Shown here piece by piece: positions 19,747 to 29,364 of a DNA stretch of 64,000 nt (positions within the stretch are counted from its first letter, which is position 1; every line of letters starts with the position of its first letter). The stretch comes from Rickettsiales bacterium (GTDB lineage: Bacteria; Pseudomonadota; Alphaproteobacteria; Rickettsiales; UBA1997): the NCBI GenBank assembly GCA_947442475.1, contig CANEVP010000001.1, forward strand, positions 2,607-66,606, given 5' to 3'. The position numbers were made by a program, and so were the translations under genes. The notes beneath the pieces are model-generated. The model was given only the letters and a program-made list of their open reading frames with translations, did not search any database and had not been told where the DNA came from.

Positions 19747-20301
19747 ATGAACAGCTACGACGACAATAACCGCGGTTTTGACAACCGTAACAACAGAGAC
19801 GACCACAGAGATAGTCGCAGAGAAAATCGCGATAGCGGTAATGGCAGAGATGATGGCAAGATCCAGCTTTTTTTCGCTAAAGGTAGAAATGATGGAATGG
19901 ACACCGAAGCATTGGTGGACTTCATCGTTAGCCGCACAGAAATCGATGAAACTGTAATGAGCAGCATCAAAATTTTGGATGCTTTTTCATTTTTTGCAGT
20001 TCCCGAGGAAGAGGCAGAAATCATTTTAGATTTTTTCCAAGAAGAGGCTGGCGAAGGTCGACCTTTGGTTTCCAAAGCTAAAAGAAAAACTGAAAATCGA
20101 GATGGCTTTGGTGGCGGACGTAGAGACAATCGCAGAGATGACCGCAGGGGCGGTGGTTTTGGCGGTGGTAATGGCGGCGGCGGATACAGAAATAACGACC
20201 GCGGCAATGATCGCAGAGACGATCGCGGCGGACGTAGAGAATCTTCTTTCGGCGGCAATAGCAATAGTTTTGGTGGAGAGCGCAAGCCTAGGAATTACTA
20301 A
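19747..20301 (+). CDS. Stand-alone DbpA-type RNA-binding domain protein flanked by RD/RG(G)-rich low-complexity tails
   Basis: The core, LFFAKGRNDGMDTEALVDFI...FSFFAVPEEEAEIILDFFQ..GRPLVSKAKRK, is paralogous to the C-terminus of the DEAD-box helicase at 36210..37868. The tails are DNRNNRDDHRDSRREN and GGGRRDNRRDDRRGGGFGGGNGGGGYRNNDRGNDRRDDRGGRR. Confidence 0.75.
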   Translation: MNSYDDNNRGFDNRNNRDDHRDSRRENRDSGNGRDDGKIQLFFAKGRNDGMDTEALVDFIVSRTEIDETVMSSIKILDAFSFFAVPEEEAEIILDFFQEEAGEGRPLVSKAKRKTENRDGFGGGRRDNRRDDRRGGGFGGGNGGGGYRNNDRGNDRRDDRGGRRESSFGGNSNSFGGERKPRNY

Positions 20302-20330
20302 GGTTTTCTTTGGATAATTGAATGTAAAAA

Positions 20331-20367
20331 AGCCCCGTTAGTTGTGAAACTAGCGGGGCTTTTTTTA
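20331..20367 (+). terminator. Rho-independent terminator after the RG-rich gene
   Basis: Stem agccccgttag/ctagcggggct followed by ttttttt. Confidence 0.75.
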
Positions 20368-20370
20368 TCT

Positions 20371-20405
20371 TGTCATGCTTCGACAAGCACAGCATGACAT
20401 CGAGG
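20371..20405. repeat. Half-copy of the palindromic intergenic repeat family (see 29365 and 62801)
   Basis: gtcatgcttcgacaagcacagcatgacatcgagg matches the right arm of the other copies (atcatSCttcgacaRgctcagSatgaca). Confidence 0.6.
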
Positions 20406-20407
20406 AT

Positions 20408-22207
20408 TTATTCGGCCAGCACTTCCAAAAACACCTTCCCATATTTCTTAATTTTGGCTTGCCCAACCCCGGTAATTCCACCCAAATCCGCTAAATTTTT
20501 CGGACGCAACTTAATCATCTCAAACAGTGTCTTATCGTGAAACACCACGTAAGGCGGCACATTTTGGGCTTTGGCGATTTCGAATCTTTTGGTTTTTAGG
20601 CGCGCAAATAGTTCATGTTCGTCTTCACTTTCTAAGCCGAGAGATAGCTTGGTTTTTACTACTTTCGTAACCTTAACTTTGCCAACATGCTTACGCATCA
20701 AAATCGAATTTTTTTCCTGCAAAAATTTGCGGCCCGTTTCTGTAATCTGTAATCCGCCGTGTCCGGCGATATCAACTTTTAGCAAATTCATCGCTACTAA
20801 TTGACGAAAAATACTCTGCCATTCCGCCTTAGAAAATTCTTTGCCAATGCCAAAAACGCTGAGCTGATCGTGGCGAAAATTTTGAATACGCGAATCATCA
20901 GTTCCCGATAAAACATCAATTAAATAACCCACACCAAATCTTTGTTCGGTGCGCAGCACGCAAGAAATTGCTTTTTGCGCCGCAATTTTGGCTTCAAAGG
21001 TTTCGGGCTTGGTTAAGCAAGTATCGCAATTGCCGCAAGGCGCACAAGAATCGCCGAAATATTCGAGCAAAATTTGGCGGCGACAACCAGATGCTTCGCA
21101 AAGTCCGAGCAGCGAATTTAATTTTTGGCGTTCGATTCTTTTTTGATTTTCGGGTGCGTTGGATTCTTCAATAAAATTGCGTTGCGCCGCAATGTCAGAA
21201 AGTCCGTAAGACATCCAAGCATTGGCCGGAAGGCCGTCACGTCCGGCACGTCCTGTTTCTTGGTAATAGGCTTCGATATTTTTTGGCACGTTTAAATGCG
21301 CCACAAAACGCACATCGGGCTTGTCGATGCCCATGCCAAAAGCAATTGTTGCAACCATAATCACGCCATCTTCGAGCAGAAATTTTTGTAAGTGTTTTTG
21401 TCTTTTATTTGCATCCATCCCTGCGTGATAGGCTAGCGCGTTAAATCCCTCTTCTTTTAGCCAAGCTGCGGCTTCTTCAACATTTTTGCGTGACAGGCAA
21501 TAAACAATTCCGCTGTCATTTTGGTGATTTTCTTTGATGAATTCGAGCAGCTGTTTTTTGCTATTTTGGCGTAGCGCAATGCTGTAGCTGATGTTGGGGC
21601 GATCGAAACTGGCGGTGAAAACTCGGTCATTTTCGAGGCCTAGTTTTTGTAAAATATCTTTGCGGGTTGGAACGTCGGCCGTTGCGGTGAGTGCGATTCG
21701 AGGCACTTTTGGAAAGCGTTTGGCAAGTACGGTGAGCTCAGTGTAAACCGGACGAAAATCGTGACCCCATTGCGAAACGCAATGCGCCTCATCAATTGCA
21801 AAAAGTGAAATTTTTAGCGTGGTTAAAAACTCGAAAAACTCTTCCATCAGCAAGCGTTCGGGCGCGACGTAAAGCAGATCTAATTTGCCTTCGCGTAGTA
21901 AATTTTTTACTTCCCAAACGTCAGATGAAGTCATGCCTGAATTAATTGCAGCGGCACTGACTCCCGCCTGATTTAGGGCGCCGACTTGATCTTGCATTAA
22001 AGCGATGAGAGGAGAGATAACAATTGCCACGCCTTCTAAACACAGCGCCGGAATTTGATAACAGAGCGATTTGCCGCCACCCGTTGGCATCATGACAAAG
22101 CAGCTTTGGCCGGCAATTACGTGATTAATGATTTCTTCTTGGTTGCCACGGAAATTATCATAGCCGAAAGTGTTTTTTAGAATTTCCTGCGGTGATTTTT
22201 TTAACAT
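20408..22207 (-). CDS. recQ: ATP-dependent DNA helicase RecQ
   Basis: 599 aa with [41 protein letters not shown], a Zn-binding Cys cluster and a C-terminal HRDC. Confidence 0.95.
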   Translation of the reverse strand: MLKKSPQEILKNTFGYDNFRGNQEEIINHVIAGQSCFVMMPTGGGKSLCYQIPALCLEGVAIVISPLIALMQDQVGALNQAGVSAAAINSGMTSSDVWEVKNLLREGKLDLLYVAPERLLMEEFFEFLTTLKISLFAIDEAHCVSQWGHDFRPVYTELTVLAKRFPKVPRIALTATADVPTRKDILQKLGLENDRVFTASFDRPNISYSIALRQNSKKQLLEFIKENHQNDSGIVYCLSRKNVEEAAAWLKEEGFNALAYHAGMDANKRQKHLQKFLLEDGVIMVATIAFGMGIDKPDVRFVAHLNVPKNIEAYYQETGRAGRDGLPANAWMSYGLSDIAAQRNFIEESNAPENQKRIERQKLNSLLGLCEASGCRRQILLEYFGDSCAPCGNCDTCLTKPETFEAKIAAQKAISCVLRTEQRFGVGYLIDVLSGTDDSRIQNFRHDQLSVFGIGKEFSKAEWQSIFRQLVAMNLLKVDIAGHGGLQITETGRKFLQEKNSILMRKHVGKVKVTKVVKTKLSLGLESEDEHELFARLKTKRFEIAKAQNVPPYVVFHDKTLFEMIKLRPKNLADLGGITGVGQAKIKKYGKVFLEVLAE

Positions 22208-22222
22208 TTTTGTGAGAAGAAT

Positions 22223-22582
22223 ATGAAGAAACTAACTTCCGAAGAAGCTCGAGTTATTTTGCACAAAGACACCGAAGCGCCATTTAGCGGGGAATTTTGC
22301 GACAATAAACAACAGGGAAAATATCTCTGCAAGCAATGCGGTGCGGAACTTTTTTTAAGTGAAGATAAATTTGATTCGGGTTGTGGCTGGCCAAGTTTTG
22401 ATGATGAAATTTTAGGGTCAGTTAAAAAAACAACTGACGCGGATGGTCGTCGTGTAGAAATTTTGTGCCAAAAATGCGACGGGCATTTAGGTCATATTTT
22501 TAGCGGGGAAGGCTTTACCAAAAAGAACGCGCGCTATTGTGTAAATTCTATTTCTCTCGATTTTATTGGCGTGAAGAAGTAG
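22223..22582 (+). CDS. msrB: Peptide-methionine (R)-S-oxide reductase MsrB
   Basis: CxxC...CxxC zinc site, GHLGHIF and RYCVNS. Confidence 0.9.
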   Translation: MKKLTSEEARVILHKDTEAPFSGEFCDNKQQGKYLCKQCGAELFLSEDKFDSGCGWPSFDDEILGSVKKTTDADGRRVEILCQKCDGHLGHIFSGEGFTKKNARYCVNSISLDFIGVKK

Positions 22583-23132
22583 AGCTTTCTTTTAAAATTT
22601 TCTCCAATTTTGTTTCGATTTTATTAAGCAAAACCATCTGTCTAGCTTGAGTTTCAAATAGAGTTTTAATTTGCTCTCCCAAGAGCAAATCAACTTTTTG
22701 ATGTAGGCTTCTGATTTCGATTTCTGCTTTGAGATTTGTTAAGTAATCGCTTTCATTGCGTTTGCGGTCTTTTTCCTCAATACGATTTTGACTCATCATC
22801 ACGACAGGCGCTTGCAATGCTGCAACGCAAGACAGAAGCAAGTTTAGCAAGATAAACGGGTATGGATCAAATGCATGAGTTGTCATGGCGATATTGACCA
22901 ATATCCAAGTGAATAGAATCGCAAAAAACGAAATAATAAATTTCCAACTACCACCAAAACTTGCAACTTTATCGGAAAGTTTTTGGCCTTTGGTTAAACT
23001 TTCTTTTTCTGGATTTAAAATGCTCTCGATGAGATTTTTTTCCTGTTCAACGCTTTCCTCGATAATTGTGCGCAGTCTTACCAAATAAGCGTCTTCATTG
23101 GATAAAAGTTTCTTAATTTCTTTTTGATACAT
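22563..23132 (-). CDS. DUF1003 family membrane protein
   Basis: The pattern FGGSWKFIISFFAILFTWILVN plus a second TM helix and a C-terminal coiled coil is as I recall for DUF1003. Confidence 0.55.
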   Translation of the reverse strand: MYQKEIKKLLSNEDAYLVRLRTIIEESVEQEKNLIESILNPEKESLTKGQKLSDKVASFGGSWKFIISFFAILFTWILVNIAMTTHAFDPYPFILLNLLLSCVAALQAPVVMMSQNRIEEKDRKRNESDYLTNLKAEIEIRSLHQKVDLLLGEQIKTLFETQARQMVLLNKIETKLEKILKESSTSSRQ

Positions 23133-23153
23133 GGGGTGTTGTTTAGTTAAGTT

Positions 23154-23840
23154 TTATAAAACAAATAGCAGTAATTCAGAATTTTTTTCTACTTTTAATC
23201 TCAATAAATTTTCGTCAGTAATTGCTGCGGCATCGCCTTTTTCAAGAGTTGAGCCATTTGCTAAAACTGTTCCCGAAATTATTTGCAGCCAGATTTTTTT
23301 CTTAGAATTTATTTCAAAATCAAATGCTTTTTCATCAAGAAATTTTCCTAAAAAAATCTCGGCATCTTGATTGATTTGAATCGAACCATCACGCCCTGAA
23401 CCAGAAACCACAAGGGTTAAATCACTTGCATTTAAAAAAGATTTTTGACCGTAGCGCGGTGTGATTTGTTTTTCTTTGGGCAAAATCCAAATTTGCAAAA
23501 GATGGGTTTCGTCAGTTTTTGAATGGTTAAATTCTGAGTGAAAAACTCCAGTGCCAGCGCTCATTATTTGCACTTCGCCGGCAGAAATTACCGCGGCATT
23601 TCCCATTGAATCTTGGTGGGCGAGCGCGCCAGAAATTACGTAAGTGATAATTTCCATGTCGGAGTGCGGATGCTTGCCAAAGCCTTGGGCGGCTGCGATT
23701 TTATCTTCATTAATCACGCGTAAATTGCCGAAACTCATGTGATTGCGATCGAAATAATCGGCGAAAGAAAAGCTGTGATGTGATTTGAGCCAGCCGTGAT
23801 TAGCAAAACCGCGGGCACTTGATTTTCGAATGGTAAGCAT
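23154..23840 (-). CDS. Pirin family protein
   Basis: GFANHGWLKSHHSFSFADY...GFGKHPHSDMEIITYV bicupin signature. Confidence 0.85.
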   Translation of the reverse strand: MLTIRKSSARGFANHGWLKSHHSFSFADYFDRNHMSFGNLRVINEDKIAAAQGFGKHPHSDMEIITYVISGALAHQDSMGNAAVISAGEVQIMSAGTGVFHSEFNHSKTDETHLLQIWILPKEKQITPRYGQKSFLNASDLTLVVSGSGRDGSIQINQDAEIFLGKFLDEKAFDFEINSKKKIWLQIISGTVLANGSTLEKGDAAAITDENLLRLKVEKNSELLLFVL

Positions 23841-23896
23841 AGATTTTAAATTTAGGTTTAATCAGATTGCCCCACGTTAATTTAATCCAATTCAAA

Positions 23897-24514
23897 ATGA
23901 AAACTCTACTCTTGCACTACATGCCAAGCGGCGCCGAATCTAACACCGTCAAGGTTTTTGATTTGTTTTTAAATGCCATTAAAGATCAACCTTTAGAGAA
24001 TATTGAAGAGGTAAATTTGCTGGAAGAGCCAATGCCAATTTTTGACGAAGCGTCAATGCAAGCTTACTACAAACGCAACTACGGCGGCAAAGCGCTTGAC
24101 GCAGCAGAATTAGATTTGTTGGCGCAAAATGATTATTTAATCGGCCAATTAAAAGCCGCAGACGTTGTGGTGATGGCCTATCCAATGCATAATTTCGGCA
24201 TGCCAGCAATTGTTAAAGCTTGGTTGGATGCGGTTGCCTTTAAAGGTGAAACTTTTGATCCAGGCAAAAAAATGATGGCAGGGAAGAAAATTTTAACCAT
24301 CTTCACGTCAGGTGGTGTTTACCCTGAAGATAAATTCGGTTTTGATTTTCCAAACTGGAATGGCTTGATTTTAACTGCTAAAGCTAGCTTCACTTACATG
24401 GGTTTTGATGAGGTAGAATTTCTTGGCACCTCACTTCGTGATCCAGTAACTAAAGATGAAAGACTTGCTGTGGCACAAAAAAGAATCGAAGAAATCGTAA
24501 AAAAATGGTACTAG
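23897..24514 (+). CDS. azoR: FMN-dependent NADH-azoreductase / flavodoxin-like quinone reductase
   Basis: MKTLLLHYMPSG...VVMAYPMHNFGMPAIVKAWLD. I prefer the ATG at 23897 to the non-ATG track start at 23867. Confidence 0.75.
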   Translation: MKTLLLHYMPSGAESNTVKVFDLFLNAIKDQPLENIEEVNLLEEPMPIFDEASMQAYYKRNYGGKALDAAELDLLAQNDYLIGQLKAADVVVMAYPMHNFGMPAIVKAWLDAVAFKGETFDPGKKMMAGKKILTIFTSGGVYPEDKFGFDFPNWNGLILTAKASFTYMGFDEVEFLGTSLRDPVTKDERLAVAQKRIEEIVKKWY

Positions 24515-24560
24515 TTTTTAGTCAGTAATTTTAGCGCGACCCTCGATCTTATTGATCAAA

Positions 24561-24599
24561 AGCCAATTTTCCGCACCGGTGCGGAAAATTGGCTTTTTT
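24561..24599 (+). terminator. Rho-independent terminator after azoR
   Basis: 16-bp stem agccaattttccgcac/gtgcggaaaattggct followed by ttttt. Confidence 0.8.
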
Positions 24600-24728
24600 G
24601 TTTTTGACCCGAAAAAATTCAAAATAAGAAAAATTATTCATAAAAATGTCTTATTGACAAATTAACTCTTAAATAAGAATAATATTATCTTCTTATTTAA
24701 GATTATTTTAATAAATAGCTATAATCTT

Positions 24729-26159
24729 ATGGCATTACTTCCTTATCCAGAAGATCAAATTCTTGACCGCCTACGTTTTGAGAATCCTTGGTGGATTTCT
24801 GGTAAAATCGATGAGCACTATAGCAATATGGATCGACGTCTTTACTTCGATTTATTTTTCTCTTTGATCGCGGAAATAAAAGTTCGTCGCGCCACAGTCT
24901 TGATGGGTCCGCGTCGTGTTGGAAAAACTGTGATGATGTATCATGCAATCCAAGAGTTGCTTACAAAAAATATAGATCCGTTAAAAGTCGCTTTCATTTC
25001 AATTGAAACCCCAACCTATAATAACATCGGACTTGAGCAGCTTTTTTCTTACTGCCGTAAAGCCTCTGGGCAAAAAGATGCAAAAGGATGGTATGTTTTT
25101 TTTGATGAAATTCAGTATCTCAAAGATTGGGAAGTGCACCTGAAATCCTTGGTGGATAGCTATCCCAATACGCGTTTTATTGTCTCTGGATCTGCGGCGG
25201 CAGCCCTTAAAATTAAAAGCAATGAAAGTGGAGCGGGTCGCTTTACCAATTTCATGTTACCATCTCTCACCTTTAATGAATTTCTACATTTGAAGAAATT
25301 GGATCGCCTGATTATCGAAAAAGAAATTTCCAAAACGGATGATTTTTTTACCTCGAACAATCTGAACGAAATTAATCGTCACTTCCTCGATTACATTAAT
25401 TTTGGCGGATATCCTGAAGTAATTTTATCGCAGGAAATTCAAAATAACCCGAGTCGCTACATTCGTAGCGACATCATCGACAAAGTGCTGCTACGTGATT
25501 TGCCAGCTCTCTATGGCATTAGCGATGTTCAAGAGCTCAACTCCTTATTTACCAGAATTGCTTACAATAGCGGCAATGAAATCAGTCTGGACGAGCTCAG
25601 CAAAAACTCAGGAGTGAATAAAGCGACCATCAAGCGCTACATCGAATATCTGGAGGCGGCGTTTTTAATTAAGCGGATAAATAAAATTTCCAACACGCCA
25701 AAGAAATTTCAACGTGTCACGCAATTCAAAACTTACTTAACTAATCCATCGCTGCGCAGTGCCCTATTTTCGCCAATTTCTCCAAATGATGCGGTACTTG
25801 GTAGCATGGTTGAAACAGCGGTTTTTGCGCAATGGATTCATGACGAATCCTTTGTCCCTTACTACGCCAGATGGCAAGGTGGTGAAGTTGATTTGGTTTG
25901 CTTGTCCAAAAAAGATTTAAGCGTTGACTGGGCCTTAGAAATAAAATGGAGCAATCAATTTTTTGACCAACCGAAAAAATTAAAATCACTGCTCAAGTTC
26001 TTGAAAGATAACAAAATGAAATCCGCCACCGTCACCACAATTGACCAAAGCGGCATTAAAAAAATTGATGACATCACTCTGCAATTTGTTCCAACGGCGC
26101 TTTACGCCTACACGGTTGGTAAATTAACGATGGATCAAAAAAGAGGAAAAAATAAATGA
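24729..26159 (+). CDS. AAA ATPase with C-terminal DUF4143 (AAA_14 family)
   Basis: Walker A GPRRVGKT, Walker B VFFDEIQY, and the long C-terminal region typical of DUF4143 ATPases. 476 aa. Confidence 0.7.
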   Translation: MALLPYPEDQILDRLRFENPWWISGKIDEHYSNMDRRLYFDLFFSLIAEIKVRRATVLMGPRRVGKTVMMYHAIQELLTKNIDPLKVAFISIETPTYNNIGLEQLFSYCRKASGQKDAKGWYVFFDEIQYLKDWEVHLKSLVDSYPNTRFIVSGSAAAALKIKSNESGAGRFTNFMLPSLTFNEFLHLKKLDRLIIEKEISKTDDFFTSNNLNEINRHFLDYINFGGYPEVILSQEIQNNPSRYIRSDIIDKVLLRDLPALYGISDVQELNSLFTRIAYNSGNEISLDELSKNSGVNKATIKRYIEYLEAAFLIKRINKISNTPKKFQRVTQFKTYLTNPSLRSALFSPISPNDAVLGSMVETAVFAQWIHDESFVPYYARWQGGEVDLVCLSKKDLSVDWALEIKWSNQFFDQPKKLKSLLKFLKDNKMKSATVTTIDQSGIKKIDDITLQFVPTALYAYTVGKLTMDQKRGKNK

Positions 26160-26401
26160 TAAAAGTTGGGGATATTATAAGACGAGCAAATGTCTCTTGG
26201 AAAAGGAACAAGGGTCAAGTCCAAAATGTTGCGAGTGAAGTCGGGAATTTGATTGCAGATAGTAGTCCAGAGACTTTGAGGATTGGGTCACAGAAAATAA
26301 TTGATCTTTTAAAGGCTAGGGCTCGAGGAGAATTTAATATTTCTCAACATAAATTTATCGAAACGGTATTAAAGCCTGCGTTTTTCAATTTCTTCTTTTA
26401 G
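26156..26401 (+). CDS. Hypothetical 81-aa ORF overlapping the ATPase stop (ATGA); probably the 5' part of a frameshifted ~135-codon gene
   Basis: A protein-like reading frame continues in another frame to 26559-26561 (SISSFSQFARCGVELYKLVKDDLSSTQKEYLNSFSKYLEKRHDVKVFQSKMEAENYRN*). The frames could be joined at the T5 run 26381-26385. Confidence 0.35.
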   Translation: MIKVGDIIRRANVSWKRNKGQVQNVASEVGNLIADSSPETLRIGSQKIIDLLKARARGEFNISQHKFIETVLKPAFFNFFF

Positions 26402-26574
26402 CCAATTTGCTAGATGCGGTGTTGAGCTTTATAAGCTTGTCAAAGACGATCTTTCGTCAACTCAAAAAGAATATTTAAACTCCTTTTCTAAATACTTAGA
26501 AAAGCGTCATGATGTTAAAGTTTTCCAGAGTAAGATGGAGGCTGAAAATTACAGAAACTAAAGTTTTTTGGAAA

Positions 26575-26766
26575 TTATCTGTCGCCGCTGCCGCCTTTTT
26601 TGATGCTAGATTTAGCGCTAGATTTTTTTACACCAGCTGGGGCTGTAGAAATTGCTACACCTTTTTTACCACCTTTGCCACCTCTTGTATTGAAAGGGTC
26701 TGAAACGAAAGGTGAAAGTTTTTTCACCGGTTTAAATTCTTTGATTACGCTGTTATTTTCGGTCAT
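26575..26766 (-). CDS. Small Lys/Gly-rich basic protein (63 aa), hypothetical
   Basis: ATG preceded by aaaaagagaaaaa (weak SD). Composition is ...NTRGGKGGKKGVAISTAPAGVKKSSAKSSIKKGGSGDR. The opposite strand also has ORFs, so the coding strand is uncertain. Confidence 0.3.
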   Translation of the reverse strand: MTENNSVIKEFKPVKKLSPFVSDPFNTRGGKGGKKGVAISTAPAGVKKSSAKSSIKKGGSGDR

Positions 26767-26832
26767 TTTTTTCTCTTTTTTAGTTAGTAACGAAATTCAA
26801 TTTTGACTGCCAAAGACAATTGAGCAATCCTT

Positions 26833-28023
26833 TTAAACATAATCCCCAGCTGCTTTGCCGCTGGCCCAAGCCCATTGAAAATTAAAGCCGCCAAGCCAGC
26901 CCGTCACATCTAAAACTTCGCCGATAAAAAATAAATTGGGCACAGATTTTGCTTCAAAAGTTTTGGAAGAAATTTGATCAACATTAATTCCCCCTAAAGT
27001 TACTTCGGCTTTGGCAAAGCCTTCGGTGCCATTTGGAATAAGCTCCCACGCGTTTACGCAATCGGCGATTTCTCTGAGTTTTTGATTGGAGAGATCAGCT
27101 AAATTTCCGGCGTGATTATTTTTTTGTGCCAAATAATTGGCCAAACTTTTTGGTAAAAAACTGCTCAAGAAATTTTGCAATTCTTGCTTTGGTTTTGCTT
27201 TTTTTTCTTCGCAAATTTTAGCAAAAACATCGATGTCTGGCGCAAGGTTGATTGTGATTTTTTCACCATGTTTCCAGTAAGACGAAATTTGTAGAATCGC
27301 TGGACCACTGAGTCCTCGATGGGTGAAAAGCAGCGCCTCGCGAAAATTTATTTTGCCGCAAGTAACAACCGCTTCAACTGCAACGCCCGAAAGATTTTTG
27401 GTCTCAGATAAAATATTTTCATCCAAAGTTAGTGGCACCAAAGCTGGAATTGGCTGCACAACTTTCAAGCCAAATTGTCGCGCCACGTCATAGCCAAAGC
27501 CAGTTGCGCCCATTTTTGGAATTGAGGGAGCGCCGGTTGCAATTACTAAAGATTGGCATTTTACCAAGTCATTTTCGACTTGCAGCGTGAAGAAATTTTC
27601 TGATTTTTTTATTTCACTTACTTTGCTCTCAAGCCTAATTTCAACTGATCCGGCAGCGCATTCTGTTAGCAGCATTTCAATAATTTGTTTTGACGAAATA
27701 TCGCAAAAAAGTTGTCCCAAAGTTTTTTCGTGAAAAGCGATTTGGTGTTTTTTTACTAGATTAATGAAGTCGTGTTGCGTGAAGCGCTGCAAGGCCGAAA
27801 CGCAGAAATGAGGATTGTTTGAAATGAAGTTTTTTGGGCTGGTGTAAATATTAGTAAAGTTGCATCTACCGCCGCCAGAAATGCGGATTTTTTCTCCAAC
27901 TGCTTTGGCGTGATCCACCAACAAAACGCTGCGACCACGATTTCCAGCGGTTGCAGCGCACATTAATCCTGCTGCTCCGGCACCGATAATTACGACGTCG
28001 AAGCTGCGAGAATTAAGCACCAA
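26833..28023 (-). CDS. HI0933/BaiN-family NAD(FAD)-utilising flavoprotein
   Basis: FDVVIIGAGAAGLMCA dinucleotide fold, ISGGGRCNFTN, and C-terminal GEVLDVTGWLGGFNFQWAW. Confidence 0.85.
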   Translation of the reverse strand: MVLNSRSFDVVIIGAGAAGLMCAATAGNRGRSVLLVDHAKAVGEKIRISGGGRCNFTNIYTSPKNFISNNPHFCVSALQRFTQHDFINLVKKHQIAFHEKTLGQLFCDISSKQIIEMLLTECAAGSVEIRLESKVSEIKKSENFFTLQVENDLVKCQSLVIATGAPSIPKMGATGFGYDVARQFGLKVVQPIPALVPLTLDENILSETKNLSGVAVEAVVTCGKINFREALLFTHRGLSGPAILQISSYWKHGEKITINLAPDIDVFAKICEEKKAKPKQELQNFLSSFLPKSLANYLAQKNNHAGNLADLSNQKLREIADCVNAWELIPNGTEGFAKAEVTLGGINVDQISSKTFEAKSVPNLFFIGEVLDVTGWLGGFNFQWAWASGKAAGDYV

Positions 28024-29329
28024 AAACCTGCTTAAAGATGTGATCGATATTTTTGGTGTGGTAAGAAATGTCGAAAATTTCTGTCAATTTTTTGTCGCTT
28101 AATTTTGAGGAAACTTCTGGATCTAATTTGAGTAATGCTAGGAAGCTATTTGACTCGCCAGCCCAGATCTTCATTGCGTTGCTTTGCACAATTTTGTAAG
28201 CGTCTTCGCGAGAAATTTTGGCTTCTTCAATCAAAGTTAAAAGCACGCGTTGTGAGAAAACTAAGCCGCCTAATTTATCCAAATTTTTCTGCATGTTGTC
28301 TTGGTGAATCACCAAATTTTCGATCAATCCAACCAAACGATTCAGCGCGAAATCGAGTGTGATTGTTGAATCTGGCGCGATCATTCTTTCAACCGATGAG
28401 TGTGAAATATCGCGCTCGTGCCAGCTGGCAACATTTTCCATTGCCGGCACCACGGCGCTGCGCACCATGCGCGCAAGTCCGGTGAGGTTTTCACTTAAAA
28501 CCGGATTTCTTTTATGCGGCATTGCTGAGCTGCCTTTTTGGCCTTTTGCGAAAAATTCTTCGGCTTCTAAAACTTCAGTGCGTTGCAAATGTCTGATTTC
28601 AATTGCTAGATTTTCAATTGATGAAGCGATCACGCCAAGTGTGGCAAAGAAGGCGGCGTGGCGATCGCGCGGAATGATTTGGCTTGAAACTGATTCTTCA
28701 GCTAAACCCATTTTTTCTGCGACATATTTTTGCACGAATGGATCAACATTGGCGAAAGTTCCAACCGCGCCAGAAATTGCGCAAACCGCGATTTCTTTTT
28801 TAGCGGTTTTGAGACGCGCCAAGTTTCTTTCAAACTCAGCGTAAAAGCGCGCAAGCTTGAGGCCAAATGTTGTAGGTTCAGCGTGAATGCCGTGCGAGCG
28901 ACCAACGCAAACAGTATTTTTATGTTCGAAAGCGCGTTTTTTTATTGCTGAAAGCAGGCGTTCTAAATCATCAATTAAAATGTCGCTGGCTTGTGAAAGT
29001 TGTGCTGAAAGGCAAGTGTCGAGAACGTCAGAACTGGTCATGCCCAAATGAATAAAGCGCGAATTTTCGCCGACTAATTCTGCAAGGTGAGTAAGAAATG
29101 CGATCACGTCATGCTTGGTTACCGACTCAATTTCATCAACACGCGCCGCATCAAATTTGCCACCAGCTTTTTCGAAATTTTGACGAATACGAGTTGAAGA
29201 GCCGGCATCTGCAACGCCAAGTTTTTCTAGGGCTTCGAGCGCGTAAATTTCAATGTCGAACCAGATGTTATATTTATTTTCCTGTGACCAAATTTTGACC
29301 ATTTCAGGGCGAGAGTAGCGAGGGATCAT
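28013..29329 (-). CDS. purB: Adenylosuccinate lyase PurB
   Basis: MIPRYSRPEM... N-terminus and the SSAMPHKRNP signature. I prefer the start at 29329; the track start 29368 lies inside a palindromic repeat. Confidence 0.92.
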   Translation of the reverse strand: MIPRYSRPEMVKIWSQENKYNIWFDIEIYALEALEKLGVADAGSSTRIRQNFEKAGGKFDAARVDEIESVTKHDVIAFLTHLAELVGENSRFIHLGMTSSDVLDTCLSAQLSQASDILIDDLERLLSAIKKRAFEHKNTVCVGRSHGIHAEPTTFGLKLARFYAEFERNLARLKTAKKEIAVCAISGAVGTFANVDPFVQKYVAEKMGLAEESVSSQIIPRDRHAAFFATLGVIASSIENLAIEIRHLQRTEVLEAEEFFAKGQKGSSAMPHKRNPVLSENLTGLARMVRSAVVPAMENVASWHERDISHSSVERMIAPDSTITLDFALNRLVGLIENLVIHQDNMQKNLDKLGGLVFSQRVLLTLIEEAKISREDAYKIVQSNAMKIWAGESNSFLALLKLDPEVSSKLSDKKLTEIFDISYHTKNIDHIFKQVFGA

Positions 29330-29364
29330 GGTTTTGAAGTTAGTTAATTTAAGAGAGAGAAATG

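Noticed and set aside
19755-20285. 176-aa minus-strand ORF (Pro/Leu/Ser-rich) antisense to the RG-rich gene
   Set aside because: It is the mirror image of a low-complexity GC-rich repeat. The + strand frame contains a recognisable DbpA-type domain and has its own terminator.
22563-22582. 20-nt convergent overlap of msrB and the DUF1003 gene as a possible regulatory antisense arrangement
   Set aside because: Short 3'-end overlaps are common in compact genomes, and nothing else is unusual in the sequence.
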